Assembly: GCA_963703375.1 (NCBI GenBank)
Contig: CAVPEF010000003.1
Coordinates: 5,762 to 69,761 of the forward strand
DNA length: 64,000 nt
Reading direction: 5' to 3'
DNA from: an uncultured beta proteobacterium
GTDB taxonomy: Bacteria > Pseudomonadota > Gammaproteobacteria > Burkholderiales > Burkholderiaceae_C
Both the position numbers and the translations under genes were made by a program. The notes beneath the pieces are model-generated. The model was not told the DNA's origin, searched no databases, and worked only from the letters and a program-made list of their open reading frames with translations. Of the stretch, positions 1-11,077 are shown in pieces. Within the stretch, counting starts at the first letter, position 1. Each line of letters starts with the position of its first letter.

Positions 1-1
1 G

Positions 2-476
2 CTGCGCCGCTATGCGCGCGTGCTCACCGCAGACGCCTGGGCCGCCGACGACCTGGTGCAGGACACGCTCGAGCGCGCCTGCCGCAAGTGGCTGCTGTGG
101 CGCACCGGCAGTGATCTGCGGGCCTGGCTGTTCACGCTGATGCACCACCTCTACCTCAACCAGCGGCGCGCCCCGGTGCCCCACGCCGTGGCGCTGGAAG
201 ACGTGCAGGACAGCCTGCAGGCCCCCGCAGGGGGGCGCGACGATGCCATCGATCTGGAACGCTGCCTGCAGCGCCTGCCCCCCGAGCAGCGCGCCGTGCT
301 GCTGCTGGTCACGCTGGAAGACATGGCCTACGAAGACGCAGCGCGGGTGCTGGCCATTCCGGTCGGCACCGTGATGTCGCGGCTGTCGCGCGCCCGGGCG
401 CGGCTGCGCGAACTCATGGCGGCGCAGGCCAGCGCACCGCCGCCACGCACCGCCTTTTCTGCACCGCCTCAAGTGA
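2..476 (+). CDS. ECF sigma-70 factor (5' end outside window; apparent 1-nt frameshift near 455)
   Basis: LRRYARVLT..ADDLVQDTLERA (region 2) and GTVMSRLSRARARLR (region 4.2). Removing one T from CCTTTT at ~453-458 gives ...AFLHRLK* ending TGA 474-476. Confidence 0.8.
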
Positions 477-487
477 ACACCGCAACC

Positions 488-1288
488 ATGCAAGCCCCCC
501 GCCCCACCCCCTCCTTCGACGAGCAGGAACTGCACGCCTATGCGGACGGCCGAATGGCGCCCGCCGAGGCCGCGGCACTGCGCGCCCGGCTCGCGCAGGC
601 CCCGCAGGCGCACGCCCAGGCCAGCGACTGGCAGCGCCAGCGCCAGCAGCTGCGCGCCCTGCACCCTGAGCTGTTGAGCGCGCCCGTGCCCGGCGCGCTG
701 CAGGCCCTCGCCGCCCAGGTCGATCACGCCGCAGCGCGGCAAAGCCAGTGGTGGCGCTGGGGCGGCATGGCGGCCTCGGTCCTGCTCGCCTTTGCGCTGG
801 GCTGGGTCGGACGCGGCGGCTGGCCGCCCGGCGCCGCCCGCACGCTGGCCGCCGCCCCGGCACCGATCCAGGGCTTCGCGCACCAGGCCGCGCTGGCCTA
901 CGCCGTGTACCAGCCCGAACAACGCCACCCGGTCGAAGTCGCCGCAGACCAGCAGGCGCACCTCGTGCAGTGGCTGTCCAAACGGCTCGAGCGCCCGCTC
1001 AAGCTGCCGGTGCTGAGCGCCGAGGGCTATGAGCTGGTCGGCGGGCGCCTGCTGCCCGGTGACGCGGGGGCCCGCGCGCAGTTCATGTACCAGGACCGCA
1101 CGGGCCAGCGCATCACCCTCTACCTGGGCGCCGTGCCGGGCGCGGCGCAGACGGCCTTTCGCTTCACAGACGACGGGCCCGTTCCGGGCTTTTACTGGAC
1201 CGACCAGGGCTTTGGCTACGCGCTGAGCGGGCCGCTGCCACGCGCTGCACTGCTGCGCTTGGCCACGGCCGTGCACCGGCAGCTGTGA
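488..1288 (+). CDS. Transmembrane anti-sigma factor
   Basis: ELHAYADG N-terminus, TM helix (MAASVLLAFALGWVG), HPVEV..HLVQWLSKRL and YELVGGRLLP..RAQFMY typical of this family; adjacent to ECF sigma. Confidence 0.85.
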   Translation: MQAPRPTPSFDEQELHAYADGRMAPAEAAALRARLAQAPQAHAQASDWQRQRQQLRALHPELLSAPVPGALQALAAQVDHAAARQSQWWRWGGMAASVLLAFALGWVGRGGWPPGAARTLAAAPAPIQGFAHQAALAYAVYQPEQRHPVEVAADQQAHLVQWLSKRLERPLKLPVLSAEGYELVGGRLLPGDAGARAQFMYQDRTGQRITLYLGAVPGAAQTAFRFTDDGPVPGFYWTDQGFGYALSGPLPRAALLRLATAVHRQL

Positions 1289-1327
1289 TGGCCCGCGGCA
1301 CGATCGGCGCCGTGGCCGCAGGGCCGG

Positions 1328-2420
1328 TCAGCGCAGCGCCGCCAGCGGGTGCGCGTGCGCAGGCCAGGGGCTGTCGAAGAACGCCGCCACCAGCGCGGGC
1401 GGCACCTCTTCGATGCGCGGCGGGTTCCACCGCGGCGCATGGTCCTTGTCCACCGCCAGGGCGCGGATGCCTTCCACCGTTTCGCTCGCGCCCGGGCGCA
1501 GGGAGAAGCAGTGGCGCACCATGTCGCGCTCCATGCGCAGGTCATCGGCCAGCGCCCATGCCACGGGCGCGGCGCACCTGCTCCAGCACCACATGCAGCA
1601 TCAGCGGCGAGCGCTTGCGCAGCGTCGCCGCCGTGGCGCGTGCCCAGTCGCCGTCCGCCGCTTCGAGCGCGGCCACGATGGCGCCTACGCTGTCGAGGGC
1701 AAAATACTGGTCAATTTGGCCTCTAACGCTTTCTGCGTCTGCGCTGGCAGCTACCAATTTGGAAGCAGCAAAGGCCTTGACCGCCGCGCCATCGGCAAAC
1801 GCCTGCGTGCCCAGCGCCTCCCACAGTGGCGCCTGCTGGTCCACGGCCAGGCAGCCGTCGGCCAGGCCGAAGGCGATGGCATCGCCCGCACCAATGGCGT
1901 CGCCGGTGAGCGCCAGCCACTCGCCGACGCGCCCAGGGCAGCGCGAGAGGAAATAGCCGCCGCCGACATCGGGAAACAGGCCGATCGCCGTCTCGGGCAT
2001 GGCCATCTTCGTGCGCTCGGTGACGATGCGCAGCGCCGCGCCCTGGCTGATGCCCATGCCGCCGCCCATGACGATGCCGTCCATGAAGGCGATGTAGGGC
2101 TTGGGGTAGTTGTGGATCAGGTGGTTGAGCGCGTACTCCTCGGTGAAGAAGTCCTCGATCTGCGGGTCGCCCTGGCTGCCCGCCTGGTGCAGGAAGCGGA
2201 TGTCGCCACCGGCGCAGAAGGCACCGAACGGACCCTCCTTGTTGCTGCCGCGGATCGCCACGGCCAGCACGGACGCGTCGTTCTGCCAGGCCAGCAGCGC
2301 CGCCATCAGGTCGCGCACCATGCCCAGCGACAGCGCATTGAGCGCCCGCGGTCGGTTCAGCGTGATGAAACCCACCTGGCCGCGCACCTCGGTCACGACT
2401 TCAGCCACCATCTGCGTCAT
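1328..2420 (-). CDS. Enoyl-CoA hydratase/3-hydroxyisobutyryl-CoA hydrolase family protein (frameshift ~1560-1590)
   Basis: LNRPRALNALS, FCAGGDI, MDGIVMGGGMG, AMPETAIGLFPDVGG; C-terminus EGIRALAVDKDHAPRW lies in ORF 1328..1594. Confidence 0.85.
1701..1768 (-). repeat. ~60-bp palindromic repeat, copy 1 (in-frame inside crotonase CDS)
   Basis: Minus strand GCTTCCAAATTGGTAGCTGCCAGCGCAGACGCAGAAAGCGTTAGAGGCCAAATTGACC resembles the intergenic copies; AT-rich patch in a GC-rich gene. Confidence 0.7.
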
Positions 2421-2517
2421 TGATCATTCCTTTTGTCGAACATTCATCGGAGAACCCGGCATTGTCGCGCGGTCTGCGCGCCGCGCGATACCGCACGCGA
2501 CAGCGCCGCACGCAGGC

Positions 2518-2546
2518 AAAAAAAAGCCACCGCACTGCGGTGGCTT
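2518..2546 (-). terminator. Intrinsic terminator of the rimP...typA operon
   Basis: Inverted repeat AAGCCACCGCA-C-TGCGGTGGCTT next to an A8 tract on + (U-tract on -), just after the typA stop. Confidence 0.85.
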
Positions 2547-2579
2547 GGCGGTCGGACCTTGCGGCCCGGGCCGGCGCGA

Positions 2580-4400
2580 TCAGCGGCCAGCGCGCTTGCG
2601 CTCGCCTTCCGTGAGGAAGCGCTTGCGCAGGCGGATCGACTTGGGCGTGATTTCGACCAGTTCGTCGTCTTCGACGAACTCGACGCCGTATTCCAGCGTC
2701 AGGTCGATCGGCGGCGTGATCTTGATCGCGTCTTCCTTGCCCGAGACCCGGAAGTTCGTCAGCTGCTTGGTGCGCGTGGCGTTGACGATCAGGTCGTTGT
2801 CGCGGCTGTGGATGCCGACGATCATGCCTTCGTAGACAGGGTCGTTGGCGCGCACGAACATGCGGCCACGGTCGTCGAGCTTGCCCAGGGCGTAGGTGAA
2901 GATTTCACCGTCGTCCATGGAAATCAGCACGCCGTTCTTGCGGCCGGCGATTTCGCCCTTGTACGGCTCGTAGCTGTCGAAGATGTTCGAGATCAGGCCC
3001 GAACCGCGCGTCAGGTTCAGGAACTCGTTGGTGAAGCCAATCAGGCCCCGCGCCGGAATGCGGTATTCGAGGCGCACACGGCCACGGCCGTCGGGCTCCA
3101 TATTGACCAGCTCGCCCTTGCGCTCGCCCAGCGCCTGCATCACGCCGCCCTGGTGCTGCTCTTCGATGTCGGCCGTCACCAGCTCGATCGGCTCGCATTT
3201 TTCGCCGTTGATTTCCTTGAACACCACGCGCGGCTTGGAGACTGCCAGTTCGTAGCCTTCGCGGCGCATTTCTTCGAGCAGGATGGTCAGGTGCAGCTCG
3301 CCGCGGCCCGAGACTTCAAAAATGCCGTCTTCGCTGGTTTCGCTCACGCGCAGAGCCACGTTGCTGCGCAGTTCGCGCTGCAGGCGGTCCCAGATCTGGC
3401 GGCTGGTGACGAACTTGCCTTCGCGGCCGGCCAGCGGGCTGGTGTTGACGCAGAAGTTCATCGTCAGCGTCGGCTCGTCGATCTTGAGCATGGGCAGCGG
3501 CGCGGGCTTGAGCGGGTCGGTCACGGTCACGCCCATGCCCAGGTCGGCAATGCCGTTGATCAGCACGATGTCGCTCGGGCCGGCTTCCTGCACCTGGACG
3601 CGGTCGATGCCCTGGAACTGCAGCACCTGGTTGATGCGGCCTTTGTAGGACTTGCCATCCGGGCCCTCCATCACCAGCACATCCATGTTCGGGCGGAGCG
3701 TGCCGGCCGTGATGCGGCCGACGCCGATGCGGCCGACAAAGGTCGAGTAGTCGAGCGCCGAAATCTGCAGCTGCAGCGGCGCGGTGGCGTCACCCTTGAC
3801 CACGGGCACATGGCTCAGGATGGTGTTGAACAGGGCCGACATGTCGGCGCCCCACTGCTCGCCCGGAGCGCCCTCTTCCAGCGACGACCAGCCGTTGATG
3901 CCCGAGGCATACACCACGGGGAAATCGAGCTGCTCGTCGGTTGCGCCGAGCTTGTCGAACAGGTCAAACGCGGCGTTGACCACGAAGTCGGGGCGTGCAC
4001 CGGGCTTGTCGACCTTGTTGACCACCAGGATGGGCTTGAGGCCCAGCGCCAGCGCCTTCTTGGTCACGAAGCGCGTTTGCGGCATGGGGCCTTCCTGCGC
4101 GTCGATCAGCAGCACCACGCCGTCGACCATGGACAGCGCACGCTCCACCTCGCCACCGAAGTCGGCGTGGCCGGGCGTGTCGAGGATGTTGATGTGCGTG
4201 CCTTCCCAGCTCACGGCGCAGTTCTTGGCCAGGATGGTGATGCCGCGCTCGCGCTCGATGGCGTTGTTGTCCATCACGGTGTCGACCACTTTTTCGTGCT
4301 CGGCAAAGGTGCCGGACTGGCGCAGCAGCTGGTCGACCATCGTGGTCTTGCCATGGTCAACGTGGGCGATGATGGCGATATTGCGGATTTGTTTGCTCAT
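2580..4400 (-). CDS. typA: Translational GTPase TypA/BipA
   Basis: [60 protein letters not shown]; 606 aa. Confidence 0.98.
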   Translation of the reverse strand: MSKQIRNIAIIAHVDHGKTTMVDQLLRQSGTFAEHEKVVDTVMDNNAIERERGITILAKNCAVSWEGTHINILDTPGHADFGGEVERALSMVDGVVLLIDAQEGPMPQTRFVTKKALALGLKPILVVNKVDKPGARPDFVVNAAFDLFDKLGATDEQLDFPVVYASGINGWSSLEEGAPGEQWGADMSALFNTILSHVPVVKGDATAPLQLQISALDYSTFVGRIGVGRITAGTLRPNMDVLVMEGPDGKSYKGRINQVLQFQGIDRVQVQEAGPSDIVLINGIADLGMGVTVTDPLKPAPLPMLKIDEPTLTMNFCVNTSPLAGREGKFVTSRQIWDRLQRELRSNVALRVSETSEDGIFEVSGRGELHLTILLEEMRREGYELAVSKPRVVFKEINGEKCEPIELVTADIEEQHQGGVMQALGERKGELVNMEPDGRGRVRLEYRIPARGLIGFTNEFLNLTRGSGLISNIFDSYEPYKGEIAGRKNGVLISMDDGEIFTYALGKLDDRGRMFVRANDPVYEGMIVGIHSRDNDLIVNATRTKQLTNFRVSGKEDAIKITPPIDLTLEYGVEFVEDDELVEITPKSIRLRKRFLTEGERKRAGR

Positions 4401-5389
4401 GGTGTTTCCAAAATGCCGGCGGCAACGGTGGCCGGCGTACTTTCCAGGATTTGTTGAATTTCGATCGGGCTCAGCAGGCGGTCCGGAATCAGTTCGCCGG
4501 CCGCCGTGTGGGCCACGCCCAGCAAGGCGCGCGGCGTATCCCCAAACACGGCCACCGCCGGGGCGTCGGGCCAGCTGCCGCGCCGGCGCAGACCCGACAG
4601 GAAGCGGCCTGCATCTTCGCCGCCCAGCGTGACATGGAGATGGCCGGCCAGCAGCGCCTCGGGGGGCAGCAGGCAGGCCAGGCGCTCGGCCTCGTCCATG
4701 GCCTCGAAGTCGGCGAGCGTGACGCAGCGCTCGATGCCGAGGCCTCCGGTGTCAATGCGGCGCAAAAAGGTCAGGTGGGCGCCACAGCCGAGTGCCGCTC
4801 CGATGTCTTCGCCGAGCGTGCGGATATAGGTGCCTTTGCTGCATGTAACTATTATTTTGATAGCTGGCTGCGCTTGCCCATCAAGCGCTAGAGCCACATT
4901 CAATGCATGAATCTCGACGTCGCGCGCGGCGCGCTCGACCTCGACGCCTGCACGCGCGTATTCGTACAAGGCCTTGCCGTCTTTCTTGAGCGCGCTGTAC
5001 ATCGGCGGCACCTGCCGGATCGGGCCGGTGAACTGGCGCTGCACCTGTGCCAGGCGCTCGGGCGCCAGCATGGCCGCATCGACCGCGCACTCGCGCAGCA
5101 CCTCGCCCTCGGCGTCGCCCGTCGTCGTCGTCACGCCCAGGCGCGCAATGGCTTCATAGGTCTTGGGGGCATCGAGCTGCAGCTGGCTGAACTTGGTCGC
5201 GGCGCCAAAGCACAGCGGCAAGACGCCGGTGGCCAGCGGGTCGAGCGTGCCGGTGTGCCCGGCCTTTTCGGCGCGCAGCAGCCACTTGGCCTTTTGCAAG
5301 GCATCGTTGCTGGAAAATCCGAGCGGTTTGTCGAGCAGCAACACCCCATGCACAGGGCGCCGCTGCACCCGGGTGCGGGGCGCGTTCAT
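4397..5389 (-). CDS. truB: tRNA pseudouridine(55) synthase
   Basis: [45 protein letters not shown]; operon position after rbfA. Confidence 0.97.
   Translation of the reverse strand: MNAPRTRVQRRPVHGVLLLDKPLGFSSNDALQKAKWLLRAEKAGHTGTLDPLATGVLPLCFGAATKFSQLQLDAPKTYEAIARLGVTTTTGDAEGEVLRECAVDAAMLAPERLAQVQRQFTGPIRQVPPMYSALKKDGKALYEYARAGVEVERAARDVEIHALNVALALDGQAQPAIKIIVTCSKGTYIRTLGEDIGAALGCGAHLTFLRRIDTGGLGIERCVTLADFEAMDEAERLACLLPPEALLAGHLHVTLGGEDAGRFLSGLRRRGSWPDAPAVAVFGDTPRALLGVAHTAAGELIPDRLLSPIEIQQILESTPATVAAGILETP
4848..4910 (+). repeat. Palindromic repeat copy 2 (inside truB, antisense to the gene)
   Basis: ACTATTATTTTGATAGCTGGCTGCGCTTGCCCATCAAGCGCTAGAGCCACATTCAATGCATGA closely resembles the copy at 27712. 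Confidence 0.8.
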
Positions 5390-5392
5390 GGA

Positions 5393-5764
5393 CTACTCTT
5401 CCTTGGAACGCGACGCCACGGCCTGCGCGATGAGCGCATTCATGTCGGCCGCACGCTCGGTGGTGCGGTCGAACACGAAGTGCAGCGTTGGCACTGTGTG
5501 GATGTGCAGGCGCTTGAACAGGCCGTTGCGCAGGAAGCCTGCCGCCTGGTTCAAGGCGTCCTGCGTCTGCTGCGGGTCCCCCGTGAGCAGGCTGAAGAAC
5601 ACCTTGGCATGGGCATAGTCGGGCGTGACCTCGACGGCCTGCAGCGTCACCATGCCCACGCGCGGGTCTTTCAACTCGCGCGCGATCAGTTCCGTCAGAT
5701 CGCGCTGGATCTGGTCGGCCACCTTGAAGGCGCGGTTGGGCGTGGAAGACTTTTTGGCTGCCAT
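5393..5764 (-). CDS. rbfA: 30S ribosome-binding factor A
   Basis: [36 protein letters not shown]. Confidence 0.97.
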   Translation of the reverse strand: MAAKKSSTPNRAFKVADQIQRDLTELIARELKDPRVGMVTLQAVEVTPDYAHAKVFFSLLTGDPQQTQDALNQAAGFLRNGLFKRLHIHTVPTLHFVFDRTTERAADMNALIAQAVASRSKEE

Positions 5765-5767
5765 GGC

Positions 5768-8633
5768 TTAGAGGGTCCGCGCGATTTCCTTGATCTCGAA
5801 GAACTCCAACTGGTCGTTTTCCTTGATGTCGTTGTAGTTCTTGAGCTTGATACCGCACTCGAAGCCTTCCTTGACTTCGCGCACGTCGTCCTTGAGGCGC
5901 TTGAGCGAGTCGATCTCGCCGGTGTAGACCACCACGTTGTCGCGCAGCAGGCGGAACTTGGCGTTGCGCGTCACATGGCCCGAAGTGATGTAGCTGCCGG
6001 CAATCGTGCCGATCTTGGTCGCCACGAACACGGTGCGGATCTCGGCCGTGCCGATGACTTCCTCGCGCTGCTCGGGTGCCAGCATGCCGGACATGGCCAC
6101 CTTCAGCTCGTCCACAGCGTCGTAAATGATGCTGTAGTAGTGCAGATCGACATCGTTGTTCTCGGCCAGCTTGCGCGCACCGGCGTCGGCGCGCACGTTG
6201 AAGCCGATGACGATGGCCTTGGAGGCGATCGCCAGGTTGATGTCGGACTCGCTGATGCCGCCCACGCCGGCGTACACCAGCTGCACCTTGACCTCGTCGG
6301 TCGAGAGCTTGAGCAGCGATTGCGACAGCGCTTCCTGCGAACCCTGCACGTCGGCCTTGACGATGATGGGCAGGTGCTTGACCTCGCCCGCCGTCATGTC
6401 GGCAAACATGTTCTCGAGCTTCGCCGCCTGCTGGCGTGCCAGCTTGGTGTTGCGGAACTTGCCGGCACGGTAGGTCGCGATTTCGCGCGCACGGCGCTCG
6501 TCGGACAGCACCATGAACTCATCGCCGGCCTGGGGCACTTCGGTCAGACCCTGGATTTCCACCGGGATCGATGGACCGGCCGTCTTGGTCACCTTGCCGT
6601 TTTCGTCCAGCATGGCGCGCACGCGGCCAAAGGTCTGGCCTGCCAGCACCACGTCGCCCACCTTGAGCGTGCCCGATTGCACCAGCACCGTGGCGACCGG
6701 GCCACGGCCCTTGTCGAGTTGGGCTTCGATGACCAGGCCCTTGGCCATGGAGTCGACCGGCGCCTTGAGTTCGAGCACTTCGGCCTGCAGCAGCACCTGC
6801 TCGAGCAGCGTATCGATGCCCGCGCCTGTCTTGGACGACACCGGAATGAAGGGCGAGTCGCCGCCGTATTCCTCGGGCACCACTTCCTCGACCACCAGCT
6901 CCTGCTTGACGCGGTCGGGGTTGGCTTCGGGCTTGTCGGACTTGGTGATCGCGACCACGATGGGCACACCCGCCGCCTTGGCGTGCTTGATGGCTTCCTT
7001 GGTCTGCGGCATCACGCCGTCGTCGGCCGCCACCACCAGAATGACGATGTCGGTGGCCTGCGCGCCACGGGCACGCATGGCCGTGAAGGCTTCGTGGCCG
7101 GGGGTGTCGAGGAACGACACCATGCCGCGCGGCGTTTTGACGTGGTAGGCGCCAATGTGCTGCGTAATGCCGCCGGCTTCGCCCGGCGCCACCTTGGCAC
7201 GGCGGATGTAGTCCAGCAGCGAGGTCTTGCCGTGGTCGACGTGGCCCATGACCGTGACAACGGGAGCGCGGGGCAGCAGCTCGACGTCTTGCTGGGCGGT
7301 TTCGTCGCTGGGCAAAGGCCTCGGGATCGTCCAGCGCAGCGACCAGCGCCTTGTGGCCCATTTCTTCCACGACGATCATCGCGGTGTCCTGGTCCAGCGG
7401 CTGGTTGATGGTGACCATCTGGCCCATCTTCATGAGCGCCTTGATGACTTCGGATGCCTTGATCGACATCTTGTGTGCGAGCTCGGACACCGTGATGGTT
7501 TCGGGCACGTGCACTTCGATGATGCGCGCCTCGACCGGCGCCTGGTGCATGGAGAGCGAGCCGCCACGGTCGCGGTCATTGCCACGGCGGCCACTGCTGC
7601 CACCGCGCGGTCCGCCGCGCCAGGCGCTGCTGCGGTTGGCACCACCACCGGTGTCGCCACGGGTTGGAATGCCCTTTTTCTTGGCCGGATCGCCCGCCCA
7701 GCTCGACGAGAGCTTGGCCGACTTGACCTCTTTGCCTGCGCCGGCGGCGGGTGCCGCAGCGGTGCCGGTGCGTGCGCCCGGAGCCACGGCAGGCTTGTGC
7801 AGCGTGCCCTTCTTGGCATCGCCGGTGACCGCGCGCGGCACGGGCTTGGGCTCTTCGGGCTTCTTGGCGACCATGACCTTCTTGGGCGTGGCCATCATGG
7901 TGCGGATGGCAGCGGCCTCGGCCAGGGCCTTGCGGCGGCGCTCTTCGAGGTCGGACGCACGTGCGGCTTCTTCCTGCGCACGGGCGCGGGATTCGGCTTC
8001 GGCCTTCTCGCGGGCTTCGGCCTGCGCGGCGGCACGGGCGGCCGCTTCAGCGGCCTGCTCGCGGCTGGCTTCCTGCTTGACCGCAGAAGCCTGGGCCTTC
8101 TTTTCGGCCTCCTGGGCAGCGTAGGCGGCAGCGCGCTCAGCGGCTTCGCGTTCGCGGCGTTCGCGCTCGCTGCGCTGCGCGGCCAGTTCGGTTTCCTGGC
8201 GGCCGATCAGCTCGGCCTGGCGGCGTGCTTCTTCCTCGCGGCGGGCCAGTTCCTGGTTCTCTGCCGCGTGCGCTGCCTCCTGTGCCTGTGCAGAATCGCC
8301 AGCACCGTCGTCCCCTGCGGGAGCGTCGACTCCGTCGTCACGTTTGACGAAGGTGCGCTTCTTGCGCACTTCGACCTGGATGGTGCGGGCCTTGCCCGAG
8401 GCATCGGCCTGCTTGATCTCGCTGGTGGACTTTTTCACCAGCGTGATTTTCTTGCGATCCCCGGCCGCGCCATGGCTGGCCTGCAGGTGCGCTAGCAGTT
8501 TCTGCTTGTCAGACTCGGTCAACGGATCGGACGAGGCAGCCTTCACCACGCCGGCAGACTTGAGCTGCTCGAGCAGGATTTCGGGGGTTTTTTTGAGTTC
8601 ACTAGCGAACTCGGCGACAGTAATACTGGACAT
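5768..8633 (-). CDS. infB: Translation initiation factor IF-2 (apparent frameshift ~7310-7320)
   Basis: N-part [11 protein letters not shown] and [17 protein letters not shown]; C-part [34 protein letters not shown]. The two ORFs join at LDDPEAF/DET. Confidence 0.95.
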
Positions 8634-8657
8634 ATGTGGTTCGTACCTCCCTGACCT

Positions 8658-10145
8658 TTACTCTTGCCCTGCTGCGAACCAATGTTCGCGCGCCTTCAAA
8701 ATCAAGGCGGTGGCATCTTCAGCGGACTGGCCGGTCAGGTCGGTCAGCTCATCAATGGCCAAATCGGCCAGATCATCACGCGTGTGCACGCCCCCTTCGG
8801 CGAGCTTGGCAATCAGTTCGGGCGTGACGCCCTCGAGATCGCGCAGGTCCTGCGAAACGCTTTCGACGCTGTCTTCGCGGGCGATTTCCATGGTCAGCAG
8901 CACGTCCTTGGCACGGGCGCGCAACTCGTTCACGGTGTCTTCGTCGAAGCTCTCGATGTCCAGCATTTCCTGCAGCGGCACATAGGCCACTTCTTCGAGG
9001 CTTTCAAAGCCCTCGGCAATCAGGATGTCGGCAATTTCCTGGTCCACGTCGAGCTTTTCCATGAACAGGCGGCGTGCCGTATCGGTCTCGTCGGCCTGTT
9101 TCTGGGCCGACTCGGCGGCATCCATGATGTTGATTTTCCAACCCGTGAGGTCGGAGGCCAGGCGCACGTTCTGTCCGCCACGGCCAATGGCGATGGCCAG
9201 GTTTTCTTCGTCCACGACCACGTCCATGGCGTGCTTTTCCTCGTCCACGACGATGGACGATACGTTCGCCGGCGCCAGCGCGCCGATCACGAACTGCGCC
9301 GGGTCCTCGGACCACAGCACGATGTCCACGCGCTCACCCGCCAGTTCGGTGGTGACGGCATTGACACGCGTGCCCCGCACGCCCACGCAGGTGCCGATGG
9401 GGTCGACGCGGCGGTCGTGCGAGAGCACGGCGATCTTGGCGCGGCTGCCCGGGTCGCGTGCGCAGCTCTTGATCTCCAGCAGACCCTGCTCGATCTCGGG
9501 CACCTCGTGGCGGAACAGTTCGACCATGAACTCGGGCGCCGAGCGCGACAGGATGATGGGCGCGCCGCGCAGCGTCAGGTCCACGTCCATGATCATGGCG
9601 CGGACACGGTCGCCGTTGCGCAGGTTTTCCTTCGGAATCATTTCGCTGCGGCGCAGCCGGCCTTCGACGCGGCCCGACTCGACGATCAGGTCGCCCTTGT
9701 CCATGCGCTTGACGGTGCCGGTGAAGATTTTTTCGCCGCGCGACATGAAGTCGTTGAGCAGCATCTCGCGCTCGGCATCGCGGATCTTCTGCAGGATGAC
9801 CTGCTTGGCCGCCATGGCACCAATGCGGCCGATCGGCACGGACTCGATGGCTTCTTCGATGTATTCGCCGACCTCGATGTCGGCAATGCGCTCGCGCGCA
9901 TCCATCAGCAGCTCTTCGGCTTCGGGGTTTTGCAGGCCGGCATCGTCCGGCACCACCAGCCAGCGGCGGAAGGTTTCGTAATTTCCACTGTCACGGTCGA
10001 CGGACACGCGAATGTCGACCTCGCCCTGGTACAGCTTCTTGGTGGCTTGCGCCAAAGCCAGCTCCACAGCGCCCAGCACCACATCGCGCTCAACGTTCTT
10101 TTCGCGTGAAATGGCATCTACCAACATCAACAATTCGCGATTCAT
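8658..10145 (-). CDS. nusA: Transcription termination/antitermination factor NusA
   Basis: [47 protein letters not shown]. Confidence 0.98.
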   Translation of the reverse strand: MNRELLMLVDAISREKNVERDVVLGAVELALAQATKKLYQGEVDIRVSVDRDSGNYETFRRWLVVPDDAGLQNPEAEELLMDARERIADIEVGEYIEEAIESVPIGRIGAMAAKQVILQKIRDAEREMLLNDFMSRGEKIFTGTVKRMDKGDLIVESGRVEGRLRRSEMIPKENLRNGDRVRAMIMDVDLTLRGAPIILSRSAPEFMVELFRHEVPEIEQGLLEIKSCARDPGSRAKIAVLSHDRRVDPIGTCVGVRGTRVNAVTTELAGERVDIVLWSEDPAQFVIGALAPANVSSIVVDEEKHAMDVVVDEENLAIAIGRGGQNVRLASDLTGWKINIMDAAESAQKQADETDTARRLFMEKLDVDQEIADILIAEGFESLEEVAYVPLQEMLDIESFDEDTVNELRARAKDVLLTMEIAREDSVESVSQDLRDLEGVTPELIAKLAEGGVHTRDDLADLAIDELTDLTGQSAEDATALILKAREHWFAAGQE

Positions 10146-10219
10146 GCGACGACTCTCCTGTTTCTATCATCCGGCGGCAACGGCCCTGCGACCCCAGCCC
10201 ACCACAACCATCCAGCAGC

Positions 10220-10810
10220 TCAATCCGGCAACGGCTCGGATTTCGCCCCCCGCCCCTTGAAATCAACGATGGGCGCCAGTCGCGCCTCACGCAGCTCGTC
10301 GAGCATGAAGCCCAGCACCTGCAGGGGGGCTGGCACCCGCTTCTTGCTCACTCTTTGACCAGGTTTGGGCGCTGGCTCGTCGCTCCAGACGATTTGCCAA
10401 CCACCGGCTTCGGCGCGCTCGAGCGTGCCGCGAAATTTCTTGCGGTTCGCGCTGACCTGACCGGCAGCGGCGACACCCATGGGCGCCTTGAGCGCGAGAT
10501 CGATCACCGAGCCCTCAAAGCGCACGAAGTCCTGTTCGTGGCGCAAAGGCCGGTCGATCCCGGGCGAGGACACTTCCAGGCGCTTGTAGTCGACCCCATC
10601 GACTTCGAGCGCAAACTGCAGCTGGCGCGTGACTTTTTCGCAGTCTTCCACGGTCACAGGCTGCTCGGGCCCTGCGTCCGCGCCCTCGGCAGGCGCCTGC
10701 CAAGGCCAATCGATGGTGATGCGCAGCAGGCCGCCGGCGGAGCGCTCAATCTCCACCAGGTCATAACCCAGTCCTGTCACAGTTTGCTCAACGATTTGCT
10801 GCAGTGCCAC
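10220..10810 (-). CDS. rimP: Ribosome maturation factor RimP
   Basis: EDCEKVTRQL, YKRLEVSSPGIDRPL; first gene before nusA; GTG start. Confidence 0.95.
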   Translation of the reverse strand: MALQQIVEQTVTGLGYDLVEIERSAGGLLRITIDWPWQAPAEGADAGPEQPVTVEDCEKVTRQLQFALEVDGVDYKRLEVSSPGIDRPLRHEQDFVRFEGSVIDLALKAPMGVAAAGQVSANRKKFRGTLERAEAGGWQIVWSDEPAPKPGQRVSKKRVPAPLQVLGFMLDELREARLAPIVDFKGRGAKSEPLPD

Positions 10811-10884
10811 GTGTATCTATTCAATCCCGGAAATACAAAAAACCCGATAACCCCTGAGGCTTCGAGCTCCAAAAGCAAACGGCC

Positions 10885-10916
10885 AAAAAAAACGGGCGGT
10901 GGGTACCCGCCCGTTT
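10885..10916 (-). terminator. Terminator/attenuator hairpin in the rimP leader
   Basis: Minus strand AAACGGGCGG-GTACCCA-CCGCCCGTTTTTTTT, between the promoter and the rimP start. Confidence 0.75.
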
Positions 10917-10931
10917 GGTCGTGAGAGCGGT

Positions 10932-10960
10932 ATTGTAGCGTGCAACGCGTTGATTTGCAA
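10932..10960 (-). promoter_or_regulatory. Sigma70 promoter of the rimP-nusA-infB operon
   Basis: Minus strand TTGCAA-17 nt-TACAAT. Confidence 0.75.
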
Positions 10961-11014
10961 AGACCCAGCCATGTTTTGTGGCGCAATACCACTGCGGCTC
11001 TCACGCCACCGCGA

Positions 11015-11077
11015 TTTCATGTCAAAAAGCCTTCCCGCGCTTTCTCCACCTTGGAAAGCAGCTATCAACTCGATAGC
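11015..11077 (-). repeat. Palindromic repeat copy 3 (degenerate; supplies the helicase stop codon)
   Basis: Minus strand GCTATCGAGTTGATAGCTGCTTTCCAAGGTGGAGAAAGCGCGGGAAGGCTTTTTGACATGAAA; TGA of TTGATAGC is the stop at 11065-11067. Confidence 0.65.

Noticed and set aside
20-1288. Apparent ECF sigma/anti-sigma fusion protein (422 aa)
   Set aside because: One extra T in a homopolymer at ~455 explains the read-through; correcting it gives a normal stop at 476 and a separate ATG at 488. The window has many similar indels.
5768-8633. Split infB (and split fabI, yejABE, SPFH) as pseudogenes or programmed frameshifts
   Set aside because: These are essential or conserved genes with no slippery motifs and otherwise intact sequence; sequencing error is far more likely.
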